Of a stretch of 64,000 nucleotides of DNA, positions 23,101 to 38,100 are shown one piece after another. The DNA comes from Tubiluchus corallicola (taxonomy: Eukaryota > Animalia > Priapulida), in the NCBI GenBank assembly GCA_030141605.1, contig JAQGDQ010000041.1:558001-622000 (forward strand), in the 5' to 3' direction. The translations under genes and the position numbers were made by a program. Below the pieces are notes generated by a model. The model did not search any database. It saw only the letters and a list, made by a program, of their open reading frames with translations, and was not told the origin of the DNA. The stretch's first letter is position 1. The number at the start of each line of letters is the position of its first letter.

Positions 23101-26100
23101 TAGAAGCCTAGTAAAAGCTGCAGAAAGTAACGGTACGTTCTATTCAATTATTTTCGCAAAACGAGTTTTGCAGCTAAGGTATATACGATGTGCGTGTACA
23201 TGTACAGCAGTATTAGTCTAGTTTGTCTATTTAGTGCATGTGCTTGCCCATTTGTAACAAAGAGTGTTATATAACATTTTAAATAAAAAATATAACTATG
23301 CATTTTGTACATCTGAAAATCTGTGCAAAGTGAATGACTAAAATTGTCACTTTATTTATTTGACACACCAGCTTCATTCTTGAATGACAATCTAAAGCTA
23401 TGTTACACAATTACCAATCTTTGGGCAGTTTTATCTAAAATAAATATAGATTTACACCAGAATATTGCGTATATTGTGGAAATTGGCTGTTTACTAGCTT
23501 GGCTTTTTACCGATTTTGTCTGATGAACTTGTTCATGATCAGGTGGTTACAACATATATATTGCAGTCGATTTGTGTCTTGAAGTGTACTGCATCTCTAC
23601 TTTGTCCTTTATGCTTATATATGTAATAAGCATTTCTTTTCACTTAAATTTTTCTTCCTTCTCTAATTTGGAATGTGGGTAGTACTGGCTGAGTAAGGTC
23701 ATTGTGGCATACTTTAGCTTGGCTTTGATTTTGAAACTTGGGTGTGCACGGTTTGCACTGCATTTTTAAGGCACTAAGCCCATGCCATTAAACTTGGCAA
23801 AAACTTATAAGGATCTTATGGGAGAAGGTCATCATGTCATACTTTACTTTGGCTTAAACCTTAAATAGCTTATCGCTACCTATCCTGCCTATCCTGGTGT
23901 GGCCAGGAAATTTACTGTTTCATATTCTTTTATTCATCTTTGTATATATTTTGTTCTGCATGGTTTTAAATTTTATCTAGGTGCCTGGATTATAACATCA
24001 GGAACCCATACAGGTGTAATGAAACATGTAGGAGAGGCGCTGCAGGATTACATTCTATCACATGGAATGCATTTACAGGATAAAGTTATCGCTTTAGGCA
24101 TAGCACCATGGGGAGTCATCAGTAATAGAGATGGTCTTACTCATCCTATGGTAAGAGTTGTTATTTTAGCTAGAGTGTGCAGGAAAGCTTTATGAAGCAC
24201 CAAAGTCATTATTATATTTTTTGTTATTTGCATTTCAACATTCTAAGCAATGATTATTTGCCCCAACCGTGAGAAGCAATTCCGTAATAGGGAAGCTACG
24301 GCTTTTCATTATTACTTTTCATTAATTATTCCTAACCTCCACAATAGAGGTTAATGCAACTAGATGAATTATCTCACCCCTATGTCTTACAGTGGTTGTT
24401 TAGTTCAAAATTGAGTTTAACAAGTGATACTGTTTGTTAAATTTCTCTTTTTATTTAGGGTAAGTGGCCAGCTTTTTACAGAGTAGATACAGAGCCAGAA
24501 AGAATGGAAGTTCAACTAGATCCTAATCACTCGCATTTCATACTCGTTGACGATGGAACTCAACACAAGTACGGCAACGAGATTGGCTTTCGTGAAAAAC
24601 TTGTCAAAGCCGTGTCACTTCAGGGCATGCAAGAATCAGGCTCGTATAAACTTACGAAATTTATATGTTTTCTTTAATAATTGTAGTACGTGTCTTTCTG
24701 ATGTCGGTAATGTCCTCGGCCCCCTTTTCTTAAAGCTTTCATCGTGTTAATGACATTGTTATCTCAGTTTAGTGATTGTAGTACAAAATGCAATAGTTTT
24801 AATGCTGATAGCTTTTTTTCTTTTCACATGGTGAAAAAATATTGCAGTGTTAAATTTTGTTAGAAACTAAAACACTGTAACTGGTTTTATACAGTGCCTT
24901 GTCTGGCATAATTTCATCATTAGTTGCTTGCTTGGTCATGTACTTTTAGTATAATGTGGTTTTGAGGGCTTTGCACTAACACAGTACGCATTCGCACTAT
25001 CTGGATAAGCTGCAGCAACGTATTTTTATTAGCTGCAAAAATAAATGTTGATAATGAAAATAAAAACAGAAGCATTGGAGATTACATCATGTTCATGTAT
25101 AAACATGAATAAGCTTGAAAGAATGAAATTTGATTTTACTACACATATGCTGGCATAAATCCAGGCTTCATGTTTTATTTAAATTAGGTAGGGAGTCAAT
25201 AATTTGGTTTCAATCCACAGGAACATGGGACACAGTGACATCTAATGATATTATAAGTAGATATGCGTAGATTGTTCCAAGATGTCCATTTGATGTTTGA
25301 AAGCAATCAAAATTATTGATTCTGAGCACCCAGTTTAAATCAAAGAAGTCAAAGAAGTTCAAATGGAGCATTATGGTGGACACCCTGTAAATCTTTCATA
25401 CTGATTATGAGCATTTCTCTTACTGTTTTTGGGCTAGTTCCTTTTGATGACTAGTATTTTTTGCAGGCTCTCTTCACATACCAGTAGTCTGTATTGTACT
25501 TGAAGGTGGACCAGGCACACTTGAGAATGTCTACACAGCTATGATGAATAATGCACCTACTGTTGTTATAGAGGTATGCTTACAATGGTTCACAATAATG
25601 TGAAGGGCATATTTGATGTTTTGTCTTTTACAACAATGGTAAGTCTCAGAAGAGCACTTTTGATTTATCATATAAGTGCTAGTACTTTTAAAGGAACGCT
25701 CAGGTCTTTTACAAGTATGCGTTTTTGTGGTATATCTGTATCATACTGTAAGCTGCCTTGTGCGAATAAAAATAAATTAATTAATTTGTGCCATTAATAA
25801 TAGCTTATTTTTATGTACTGCCGAGTAAATGACATTTCTGTATTAAAGTATTATCACACAACAAGAGACCACGATCTAGGAAAAATGTCTGCAATTTATG
25901 GTAAGACTATTCATTGGTAGGTTGTCACTGATTGTTTTAAACATTGCACTCAACAATTTGCTCATAGGAATTCAGTGATGAATGAGTCACAGAAAGTTCC
26001 ACCTCAAGTGTATATTAATGAACTTCTCTGTTTTTTGATTTGAGAGCACAACTAGTAAGTCCAACCGCTGTGTCTACATGAGTGAGCTCACGTGCCAAAA

Positions 26101-29100
26101 AATGTTTGGCTTCTAGTGATCTGCTAACATGCATATGACTAGAGAAACAAAATTGTTGCACAATATAATAAGCATTTTAGAAGTCACACTCAATGAATAA
26201 GTCATGGAGGGAACATCGATGAAAACGAAATCGATATTTTGAAGGGCTACATGAGGCATCAGCATTCCTTTAATAAATTTGTTCATATACAAAAATCTAA
26301 TGTCCCGTCATTAAGAGTAATCCTTAAGTTGGGATGCCAGACAGATGTATATGTCCTCCCTCAACTAGATAAATGACAAAAGCCATTCTGGCATATAAAA
26401 TTAAAAAATAGTGCATGTAAGTTCTATCGTTTAAATTATGTTTTTGTTAAAAGTCACGTAGTTTCTTTGTGCAGTGTTGTGATTCCAATGTGCCACAGAT
26501 TTTGATATCTTTTTAAATTGGTTAGACTCTCATCTCTGTGATGAACATTAACTTACTTAAATCAAAGCTTTCTCAATAATTACTTTTACTGAATACATGT
26601 TGGTGTTTTTGTTCATGCTTACTATTATTATTTGCACCTTTAATTGATCCCCACACATGAGATGTTTGAAAAAGAACACTCCTCTTCATGATTAGAGAGT
26701 ACCTGACACAATCTGAGTGTGGAATCCCTAAAACGACGAGATCCCAGGTAAAATGGCCCAGCTGTAGGTGATTCTGTTTTGTGTTATTTATGGATTAATT
26801 TTCTTTACTTTTTCCTATAGGGATCGGGACGAGCCGCTGATTTACTGGCGTATGCTTATCAAACTTGTCATACTGTGCAAAGAGATGTTTTTGACGAATT
26901 TGGGCAAAAAAGTACAATGTAAGTTCACTTTTTTGTTTTTCTATCTTGACTCCCAAGTTTCATTTATTAGCTTCAGATAAGAATTTAATAATTCGTCTGG
27001 TATATGGCTGTCAGGTTGTCTATAATTTTCTCATCTTGCACTATTGTTATCACATAAAATTGGAGAGATATTAATTTTTCTATTTCATCAATAACTTTTT
27101 TCGAATCAAGGTTTCAAGGAGAAACCTGAAAGTAAAACAATCATTTGTAGGGGTTCAACAAGATCATAAAAGTAATGATCTTTATACTGGAAGAACAAAT
27201 TACGCATTAAGAGAGAGCATATTAGACGGTTCAGCCTACGCTTGGTGTAGAAACCTCATTGTAGTTTTTATGTGGCAGCCGGTATGCTTTTTTCAAAACT
27301 TTAAGGGTCTTTCTCTAAGTAGTTTTAGAGAGAGGTATATTCCTGTTTGGGAAAAGAAAGAAGTGGGCTTACAAATTGGAAGATTTTGTAATAACAATGG
27401 CATAGTTTCAAGTTCCATTTCAGTGATTAAGTTAAGAAAATTATAACTGCCTAGTCTATTGTTGTTTTGGTTTTCTGTTGCATAGCTTAAAACCTAGTTC
27501 ACACAACAATTATCTTCTCTTATGATTTTATTTTTACTGTATAAAGTAGTTGCCTGTAATATAGAAAACCTGTTTCAAGTTCAGGCCACATATCTTGAGT
27601 GAATTGATCACTATATAGTATTATCTTCTTCGTATCCAAATTAAATTTTTTGTATGTTAAATTAATTTCTGGCCTATAAACATTATTATGTACGAAATAT
27701 AGCCACTGAATTTTTCTTATCATAAATTAAGAACAGAAGCAGTAATTGATGAAGATCTTCGCTACAAATTGATGGCTAAACTTTCAACGGAATTTGGGGC
27801 AACAAGATTACTTGAACGTTGGAACTGGCTGGAAGAAATTCTAAAAAGGCGGAATTTATTGTACGTGTTTAAACTCGATAGTGGCAACTTAGTTCAGGAC
27901 ATTGATGTAGCCATGCTTAGGGCATTACTAAATGGTAAGAAATTAATAGTCATTTTAGTCTCAGCAGTTCAGTTTGTAAGAAAATGATAGGTATTTGGGC
28001 AACTGTAGTCAACTTATATATTTTTTATCTTTATAAACTGTAGATTTAGCAGGTCGTACTGAATACTATGTTGTATACTTGGCAGATTGTGTCGACATGT
28101 AAAGTTGTTTTTATGACTATAATTTTTTTATAGTTAGGAAAGTAAACTTGTTCAGTGGAAGTTTAAAAACATGTATTCGTCTTTGCTGTGTTTTTGCTCT
28201 GTCTGAGAAAATTGTTCCATGTGCCTAGAGGTGACAGCCACTTACTGATGAATAAAAATTATCTTTTTAGCCAGTGAGAGCAGTCTAGTTCAATTAAAGC
28301 TTACACTAGCTTGGAACAGGATTGATATGGCAAGAGAGTACATATTTGTGGATGACATTCGATGGAAGGTAGTTAATAGTTTGAATGTTTTCTATATTTA
28401 TCAGTTGACTCACATGTAGGCAAATTGGTGCCACAGAAAATGGTGTCACAGATAGTGGTAGACAAAGATGATAATAACGAACTAAAATTGGCTTTTACTC
28501 GATTTTTAAATGTCATTAGGATTAGCTCAGTTGTCTGAAATTTAGTTGTCTCAACAAAAAACTACTCCAAAAAGTCAAGCAAGAAAACAGGACGAGATCG
28601 AGGACCTGCAGGGAGTATTCCCCACCCAGTTTCTATGTTAAAAAGGCCCTGGCCTGATCTCATTCTAATTGAGTAAGTTGCTTGAAGATGACCAGAGATG
28701 CGCACTTATTCTGCTTAAACGTGCATCTTTAGCACATTTTTTATTTTACTTTTATAAAACTTGGTCTATTTATGATCATTTTTGCCACTTTTTTGTGTTC
28801 GGAGATACAGCTGCCAAAGAGTTCTACTGTAAACTGAAGCCACCTAATGCTAAGTTGGAGATATTGTTTTTTCATACACTTAGTATACATAGTTTGTAGT
28901 CGCTGCTCAAAAGTATCTTACAGGTTGAATCTTGTAAGCTTTTTGTTATAGAATTGCATTTCGTATCTCAAGTAGCTATTTTTTGATGTGACTATGTTTT
29001 ACAGCTTTAACCTATATTATAGGATGTTCAATATTTTTGTTGATTTTTCTTATTTGGTTCATAGACGGAAGAAGTTACAGACGTTATTATGAATGCATTA

Positions 29101-32100
29101 CTTAATAATAGAGTTGAATTTATGAAGGCTCTGCTGGAACAAGGCATCAGTTTATGCAACTTTCTTACATACCGAAGACTGGAGAAACTGTATAATAAGG
29201 TAACATTATTTCTTAATGTGTGAGTGCAGATGGATGTTTAACTGTACTGTTTATCTTTTTTCTTTTTAAACAAAAAATTATTTTCACAGTAGAGGTCTTC
29301 ATGCACAATTTACTTGTTAAGTATTATGAATTTGTCTTTATTATACTGTCGTTTATTGATTTAACTGTGAAGTAGATAACACTATGCTTTAGTTGACGAA
29401 ATGGTGAATTCCAGAAATAACAAAACAAATACCTTGAACGATATAAACTTTTTAAATGGCAGTTTATGTCGATTTTCAGTTTGTAAGACACCATCTTGTT
29501 GACAGCAGTTTATGTAGCAAAGTTAATTATAGAGTAAAATTTCTAAAGTTGTTTATAACAGTTAAGAGTTCAGAAACGGGTAAGGAGCCACATCATGGTT
29601 GTACAAGATTGTCTAAAAAAACATTTCGCAAATTAACCTTGTAACCATTCATCAAGGAAAAAAATGTTTGTAGAAGAGACCCCACATCACCATGTAGCAT
29701 GGTTTCTCCTCTTTCCAAAGAGCTGTATATTTTCCTGCAAGAACTCACTAAATGCTACTAGGGTGTTTTTTCACGGTGTCTCAGCATAGAGCAAACAATT
29801 TCCATTCCGAAATTTTTTACTCGCCGTTCCTGTATGTCGAAAACCATTTCAGCTCACGCGATGGGGACTTGGGGGGAAATTTATAGCTCTTTGGAAAAGA
29901 GGAGAAAACATGCTACATGATGATGTGGTCTGTTTTACGAATGCCTCTATCAGAATGAAGAGTTACGAGCTATTTTGGAGAAATACTTATACAGACGACC
30001 CTGTATTTCGTCACCAGTGCTGACATCTCAGTGTTGCTTGTAATGCTTGCTGGATGAATGCTGTCTATGGTCAATGCATGTTTCTTTGTATGAATTATGC
30101 TTCTGTAATTCCAATAAAAATTAAAATTAAACTTTATTTGGATAGCCTAAAAAATTCTCTTGAGCACCTTTTTTTCACTAGCGTTATATTTTGACAGTGT
30201 AATTTCTTCTTTTTTTGTTTAGATACCACTGAATAGTCATCTAAGAATGTTGCTGCACTTGAAAGGTATAGTGAGCACAGATAAGCCCATTAGATTAGAG
30301 AAAATTGGTAATCTTATTGGAGATTTAATGGGTGACTTCTTCAAGCCACCATATGTGAGTTGGAAGAAACGCAAAGCTTACATGTCGGAGAAATTTAAGA
30401 GGAATATAAGATGTGGGCGTTCCAGTAGCATTGTAGGTATGACTGCTATGCATTTTTGTGTTGTGAAATATTTTATAGTCTGGAGTGTGCTGGCAGTTAG
30501 TCTTTTGAAAGAAAACAGTTTGTTAAAATATGTATTTATCTAAAATAAAAATTATGTAATAGTTAACAAAAAGAAACTAGACCCTCTGGACGACATTTTA
30601 ACCAATAAATTAGTTTTTCTACATCATAGATTTTAGAATGCACGATAATTTTATTATTGTTATTAATATGTTTTTTGCATTACTTGTACGCCATTTAACC
30701 TTATAAACAGATCTGTTTCGCAGTGAAGCCGTTCTCGTTGTTTATGTGATAAGTTTTTGCCAGTTTGTATATTGTGACGTCACAATAGAATAGCTTCGTA
30801 TTCTAAATTTTGCAATGAAGCTGATTTTATGGCAACGTTTAAATAACAGGATTTCAATTCAGGAAAAACTCAATAAGCGAATAACTCAGTGCTTCACGTT
30901 TGAGGCTCATTTTTCCGTTATTGCTCTATCATTGTCTACATGTCATGTTTTATGTGAAAGCTATTATCTGAGCACGAGTCTTTTTGTGAAATATATTATT
31001 GTTATTTTGCCAAAATAGGAGTTTGCTATATTACTATTTTTAGAATTGAGAAGACGTGGCACAGAGTATTTTGAAGATGCTGCACGTGAATTGTTCTACT
31101 GGGCCGTTTTAGTGAATCACTATGACATGGCTGTGTTGTTCTGGCTGGAAGGAAAGAATCAAATAGCTGCAGCTCTGAGTGCATTGAAGCTCATCAGTGA
31201 AATGACTTGCCACATTCCAGATTTTCAAAATGTAATGGACATTAAAATGGAAGATAGTATGAGGTAAACTGGTAAGCCTACTGCCCACATAATTAATTAA
31301 ACAGTCTGATATGTTAACTGACTGATTAGCTCTCTGGTTGGTCACTTACCGATTGGTCGAAAATTTGGTTGAACGACTATCTGATTCTCTGCTTGTGTGA
31401 AAATTTGGTGGAATGGCTATCTGATTTTCTGCTTATGTGGTAATTAGCTGACTAATTGCTTGGCTGACTGACCACCCAGCCAGTTGATTATTAATGAATG
31501 GATATTTGGTGTTTCTTGTTGTAAATAAAATGCGTTCAAGAAAAAAGATCTAATTTGTGATTGTTTTATCTTGTTAATTTAGTAAATGTTTTAGATGAAT
31601 TCTTATCTTTGCTATTTGGGTCAGGCAAGAGGAATAGATGAATAGAGGAATTGTGTCACGACTTGTGCTTGGCAACTGAAGTAAAACAGTGGCGGACTTG
31701 GTTAGTAAATGGATGGGTGACCACCGGGGAAAGCTTTTCCGTGCCATTTCTTTTGACATACTGTTTCGCTTAGTGAAAATATGTAGATTAGTACATCCAA
31801 ATTTAGCTGACCTCTGTTCGTGCATTGATTCATCTTAAAGGATTACTTTTACCAGAGCCGTAAACATTATAACTAGACCTTACGTTTGAGTGCTGTATTC
31901 CTGGATATCTAGGAATAGAAACTTTACAAATAAATTGCTGGGTATTTTTATTGGGATTAAGATTTTTATTAGTACCCCAAAAAAGGATTTTGAAAGTTTT
32001 GATTGCAATTTTGACCATGCACAAATTTTCTTTTACTACCATGTATGAACGTAATCAAAAAGAAAGATTATTTCTACTACATTGAATAACTAAAGTTGTT

Positions 32101-35100
32101 CAGCTTCCTATTAAATCTCTCTTGTTGTGTATGTTTACAGGAAGTTCGAGGATTTGGCCTTAGGAACCTTGAAACAATGTTATGAAGCCAGTGAACAAAA
32201 GACGCTGCAACTTCTCGTTCAAGTAATACCAGAATTCGGAGAAACTACCTGCCTGTCTCTTGCTGTTGCTGCAAGCAGTTATGATTTTATATCCTCTGCA
32301 GCCTGTCAGAAAGTACTGAATGACATTTGGAGAGGTGGCATTTCTCTGGAAAATGGAATTTTAAAGGTACATTTGGTGTTTTGGTATCAGATACGTGCTT
32401 TTATTATATGCAGTGATTTTTCAGAGGAATTTCTATCAGCTGATATGAACTTTGAGCCATCTTATTACAAATAAGAGAACTAATCGTGAGAAAACGTTAC
32501 TGTGATCATGCTGTCAGCCTTTGAAAGCAGTAACTGTTTTTCTGATTGGTTTTGTCCAAAAACTGAATTTGAGAAATCTACCTCCCTGTCTCTGCCTGCA
32601 GTTGCAAGCAGTTGTGATTTTATATCAGCATCATGGCAGTGTTTGTGTCTAACATTGACATATTTAACACAAAACAATGTAGAATGATACTGGGACTACC
32701 TTTAGGAAGACATATAGTTATGGCTAGCTTTCCACATTTTTCAATAGTTTGTTATAAACTATGAAAAACTTGTATTTTTGAGATTAGGTCAGTGAGTTGA
32801 AAAGAAAAGTATTTATGCAGGATGATGTGCTCACAGAGTGTTGTGAGCTACATATTGCCACTCAAGTTATCGAAGCTTTCTGTTGATATTATCACATTTC
32901 TATTTTGGCTCTTTGCAGCATTCAACAACAATGTTTCATTATAGTACATTATTACTGCGGGACTTGATCTAGCTCATTATCTTCGATAGTCCCTTAAAAT
33001 GAGCTTCGATAGTCCCTTAAAATGAGACGCTGAGCTGTTAGAAACGTAAAGGTTTTTAATAAAACCAGCTGTGATTTCCTAAGACTTGGTCGACCTGTAA
33101 AATAATTGCATCAAGCAGTCAGTGCATTTAAATTTTCAAGTTTTTTACTTTGCTTCTCTAGAATGCTACCTACAGCAAGATAATATGCAAATGACATAAA
33201 ATTTCAAGATGAGCTTATTAGCTGTATGTGAAAATTCATTTGCTTTGTCCTTTAAATAAATGATTGTAATTTCTTGTGTGCTAGCTAACCAGTTTGTATT
33301 GCAGGCAGCAGATGTTAATACCGATGGCTGAGTTATTACATGATGGTTTTTTCCACTTTCTTACATCCAGAAAGTTAACCGATCCAGAATATTTTTGTTA
33401 TACTATAAAGCAGATTTCCGAGGTTTCAGTTGGTTTGTAATGTTAGCAGTCGTGGCTCGTAGCCAAGATTAGTGGGGGTTGTGCTTCAGAAAATCTAAGC
33501 ACAACACACGCTGAGTCAAAAAGAAACACTACTTGCACAACAGGGTGTCGGTACTGTGTGAGCCACAGTGCTCTCTCTACCTAGCGTGCAACGTTTTATC
33601 TCAGACATGTGCACATAACTGCCTGCACACAATAGCCAACATTGCATCGCTGGAACTGTGAATCACACAGGTCCATCACGTGCTCTGGTTCCATACAAGG
33701 ATTTACAAGTATAAAGAATGAATTAAAGAAAAATGATTCATATTGAATGTTATCGATAATATCAAGTGAAAATAGGGGGTGCTACAGCTACCACAGTACC
33801 TATACACGAGCCGCTGCTGATCATTATTTTTAACTAAGTTACTTGCAAGTTACCAAGTTCTTAAATTTAATTAGTTAAGAACTGCTGATTACTGAAGAAA
33901 TTAGTTAATGGTAACTGCGTTAGTTATAGGAAACGTTGAAAGTTAACAGTCGTAATTATGTTTTACCATACACTGGTAAAAACAAAATTAAAGTTTAGTT
34001 TAACACTTTCTTAACAGTGAATATAGCAACAAGTATTAGCTGCTAAACTTCTATTTTTGCATTTAGATTACATTGTCACTCATTTTTCCACCACTCATAT
34101 TTGCTTGGATAAGATTTGATCAGGAAGTTATAGCAACAATGCTGCAAGATGGATTTGACCCACTAGAGATGTTAATTGTACATGCTGAAGTAAGAACATT
34201 TTAGTTCTTGAGAAAATTTTGAATGTTTGTTATTAAATTTTTATTATTTGCAATATAGTTGGCGAATGTCACTGTTCCATAGAGTAAAAGATTCAGCAAT
34301 GGGCTGTTATGTAAAAGGAATAAGATAGGTACAGCAAATAACACACAAATTTATATACTAATATGTTTTTTAAGTTTCCATCTTATTTTTCAGGCCTAAA
34401 ATACATTTTTCAAATGATTAATGTGACAAATTCTGGTATTCCAAATTCTAAATGAAAAGCCTTTTTACACATTTATGTTAAATGCATCAGTGGCCTGTTA
34501 TAAGGAACCTCTCTGGAATCCCTTCTTATTGTTATTTAGTTAAAACCTATTGTGCAGTATTACAAAACTGTCAGATTACTAAATGTGTTCCACATTTCCC
34601 CAATATGTTAGTTGCATTTACATTGTAATGAAAATCAATTAATTCATTTTTAATTTAAAAAAGCAATGCTAGTTAAAAATCATTCACAGAGTTGTATTCT
34701 TTCTTGGTGGTGTGCTTTGCTGGTTCAATCTATTCATCGTGATTATTACTTGTTGCTATAGGCAGCTGAAGATAAGACCTCAAATGGTGCAAGAACTAGA
34801 CCTCTTTCTACTCAGTGGTCTGAGCCTGCTTCCAAAACTACTCCAAGGTATTTTTTGTTTGTTTGTTTTCTCTAGGACAGTGCAGCTGTAATTATAATTG
34901 AACTGTTGATTTTATTTATCATTTATTTTTGAACTGTTGATTTTATTTATTTGGTGGCATTTTTTAAGTAAAACTTGTTGAGGTCTTAAAATGTAAGAGG
35001 CCATTTGTATAATAATGATATTTTTCATATTTTGCAGTCACCAGCCACCATTGCATCTAATGAGCAGTGTGGAGTATACTCGCCACAATCCAAAAACTGT

Positions 35101-38100
35101 TAATTTATTTTATAAGATTGTGTTTTTCTACAACTCGCCAAAAGTTACATTCCTAGCAAACTGTGTAAGTACAATTGAGTGGTATTTAATGACACGTAGA
35201 CTAGAGATTAGTGTAGTAGCTTTGAAACATAGTGCTCACAGTAACTGTGGGTTTTGCAAGCTGCTTTTGTTTTTACTTCACAGAAATTAACTTTAGTGAG
35301 CATTTAAAATGTTTAAGAATGTTTCAAATGAGCAAAATACATTTGTAAATGATGTAGCACTTTTCCGGTTGTCGATCAAGGGCAGATCATGTCTCCTTAA
35401 GTCTTAGTCAGTAAACATAGGAACTAACTACCTGGTTAGATTGTGTGATCGGAAAATTGTCATATAGTTCTAAATTTTGGTAATTTAGCTGCTGCACACT
35501 CTCACCTTGTTCTTTCTGCCTAGTGCTCCATCACTTCGAAGTACACTATAAACAAATTTTACAGAATGATGTTAGAACATATTTTAGAATCTGGATCGAC
35601 TAACATGGTCAAATTTTTGATACCATGAGAAATTAGCAAGAAACATGCATTCTAAAAGGTTGTCACGCAAATATGATTATTAAACAAAACTCAATTAACA
35701 GTTAAAATTTGTGGCATTTTTGGACGACTATAGACACTTTACAACTGACGAACTTATTTATTACCAAACTAATTTTTTATTTTGCAGATTTCGTATTTTG
35801 CTTTCCTCTTACTATTCAGTTACATCATCTTAACAAGCTTTACTGTAGAATTTACAACACTGGAATATGGCCTGTGTGGTTGGGTGTTTACAATATTTTT
35901 AGAAGAATGCAGACAGGTATGTTTTAGGTTGAATTAGTAGTAATAAGACACTGTTGTCAAATTGTAATAAATGACTTAGCAATACTGGATTTTGTAATGT
36001 GAATTCAGAATCCAGTATCTATAATTATGTGATTGTGTGCACATTTATTTGTAAATTGTCTAACATTTTTACCACTTTTGTATAATGTACATTTAAAAAT
36101 GTTAAAAGCAAATATGATTGAACTTTCTTTTCTATATTTATAATTGGGTAGATTAGAAGTTTTGTGTAATTATGATTTGCTTGTCAATCAGGCCAGCATA
36201 GGTTGACAGATGTCCTATTTTTCCAAGGTGGTCCAACTTTTAGCTTATTGTATTGGCCTCTCCTTTTTTTCTAACTTGTTCTGTATAGTATAAACTTAGG
36301 ATGTGTTTTCAGTTTAATGTTCATGTCACATTGTTGTTTGCATGTGTAATTGTATGAATGATTCACTGTTGAGCCAGCTAACACAGACAATATTAATTAT
36401 TTTTATCAGTCAGTTGCAATCTTATTGTAGAACAGCTTAAAATAGCAGAGTTTCTAATAATTTCTTGTTTAGTACAATAGATCTTAATAGCCCTGCAAGA
36501 TGTAGCCAGTGCCTATCGAAAAGTGGACCTATTCAAAAATATCAGTTAATGAACAGAAATCTAAAATAATGAAATTCAGAAATGATCGCCAATTTTCGCA
36601 GAATGATAGATTCACTTATCAAGGTTAAAACTTAGAAATTGTCATTGTTTGAGTACTTAGGAATCCCTCACTTGTTATTACAATGCATTGGGTAAGAGTG
36701 ACACACACCTTAAGATACTTGCATTTACTATCTATGGAAACTATACTGTACTTGTTCAATACTAAAATAATATTTTAGTTTTGAGAAGACGTCTTATGCA
36801 AATTTTTTGAAGTTGAACTCAAAAAGGAAGGTTTTGAAAAGGGTTCTGGACCTATCTATAAATATGTCAATTCCTGTCGGTTTTGCAGCACAGAAAGACT
36901 CAGCATTGAAATTCACAAATCCTTCAGACTATCCTAAATACAAAGATTCTGTAAATATTTAGGAGTTGTCAAAGAAAAGCAGACTAATAGTGCTAAACAT
37001 TTTTTAGTCTGGTAGTAACACCAGCAGTAATTCAAAACGAATAGAAAGGTTCCAAGAAACAATATTGACATGTTGTGACAAGACAAGCTATTCAAGGGTT
37101 CCACCACAAAATCTGGTGTATTCAATGTTTGACTTAAAACTTGTGTTTGTAAACCTTGTAATTTAAAAGCTCATAGATACATTCTTTTAGCCTGCATAGC
37201 AAACACAATTCCCTTGTATCAGTGAACTAGGTAACTCAAGGCCTGTCATTCCTGCTAAATAGAGTTAAACATTCTCTTTTATCATGTACTTGTAAAACTG
37301 TTTTAGACTAATACTTTTAGTTATTACTTTGCATGTTTTAATTACTATACCTGGTGCAATAATAAAATCTGAAAAACATTGTATGTTGATAATTTCTTTG
37401 ACTGTGAAATTACTGCAGTAACAAATGTCTATAGTAATAAATGCCAAACTGTTTTCTGGAGATTATTTTCAGCCAGTTTTGATGTTTTCTGTTTTGTTTT
37501 CTATTCAGGTTGTGGATAGTGAAGGAAGGTCATTTTTAGCAAAGGTTAAGAACTATCTTGCTGATTTCTGGAATGTTGAAGATTTGATTGTGTTAGCATT
37601 TTTCACAACTGGCATTGCTCTTAAAGTGGCTTCTCAATTCTCTGGGGTAAAACTTTTAATACTACAATTAATTTTGAACACTTATATATAGTGGATATGC
37701 TTTTCCTGGATCGTATTATGTCGCAATGTTCGAATCGAGACAGTAATTCTAGTTTCTTTATTTTCAATCGGTAACGTCTACTGACTGTTTTATTTTGTAG
37801 GGCCTATTTTGTTAATGAATAATTTTATGCAATGAATTTCGTGTTACATTGCAGCTGGCACTGACATTTGCTAGAGCTGTGTTAGCAGCAGATCTCGTCT
37901 TATTTTTCATGCGATTACTTCATATCTTCTTGGTTCATAAACAGCTGGGACCGAAACTTGTCATGATTTATCGAATGGTAGGTTTTTACGTAACTACTTC
38001 ATTTTTATGTCACAGTCTTGACACGTACGAACAGTGGCATGCTAGTAATGTGATGAGTGAATGCTGTGATCAGACCATGAGGCAAATGCCACTCTTGTGT

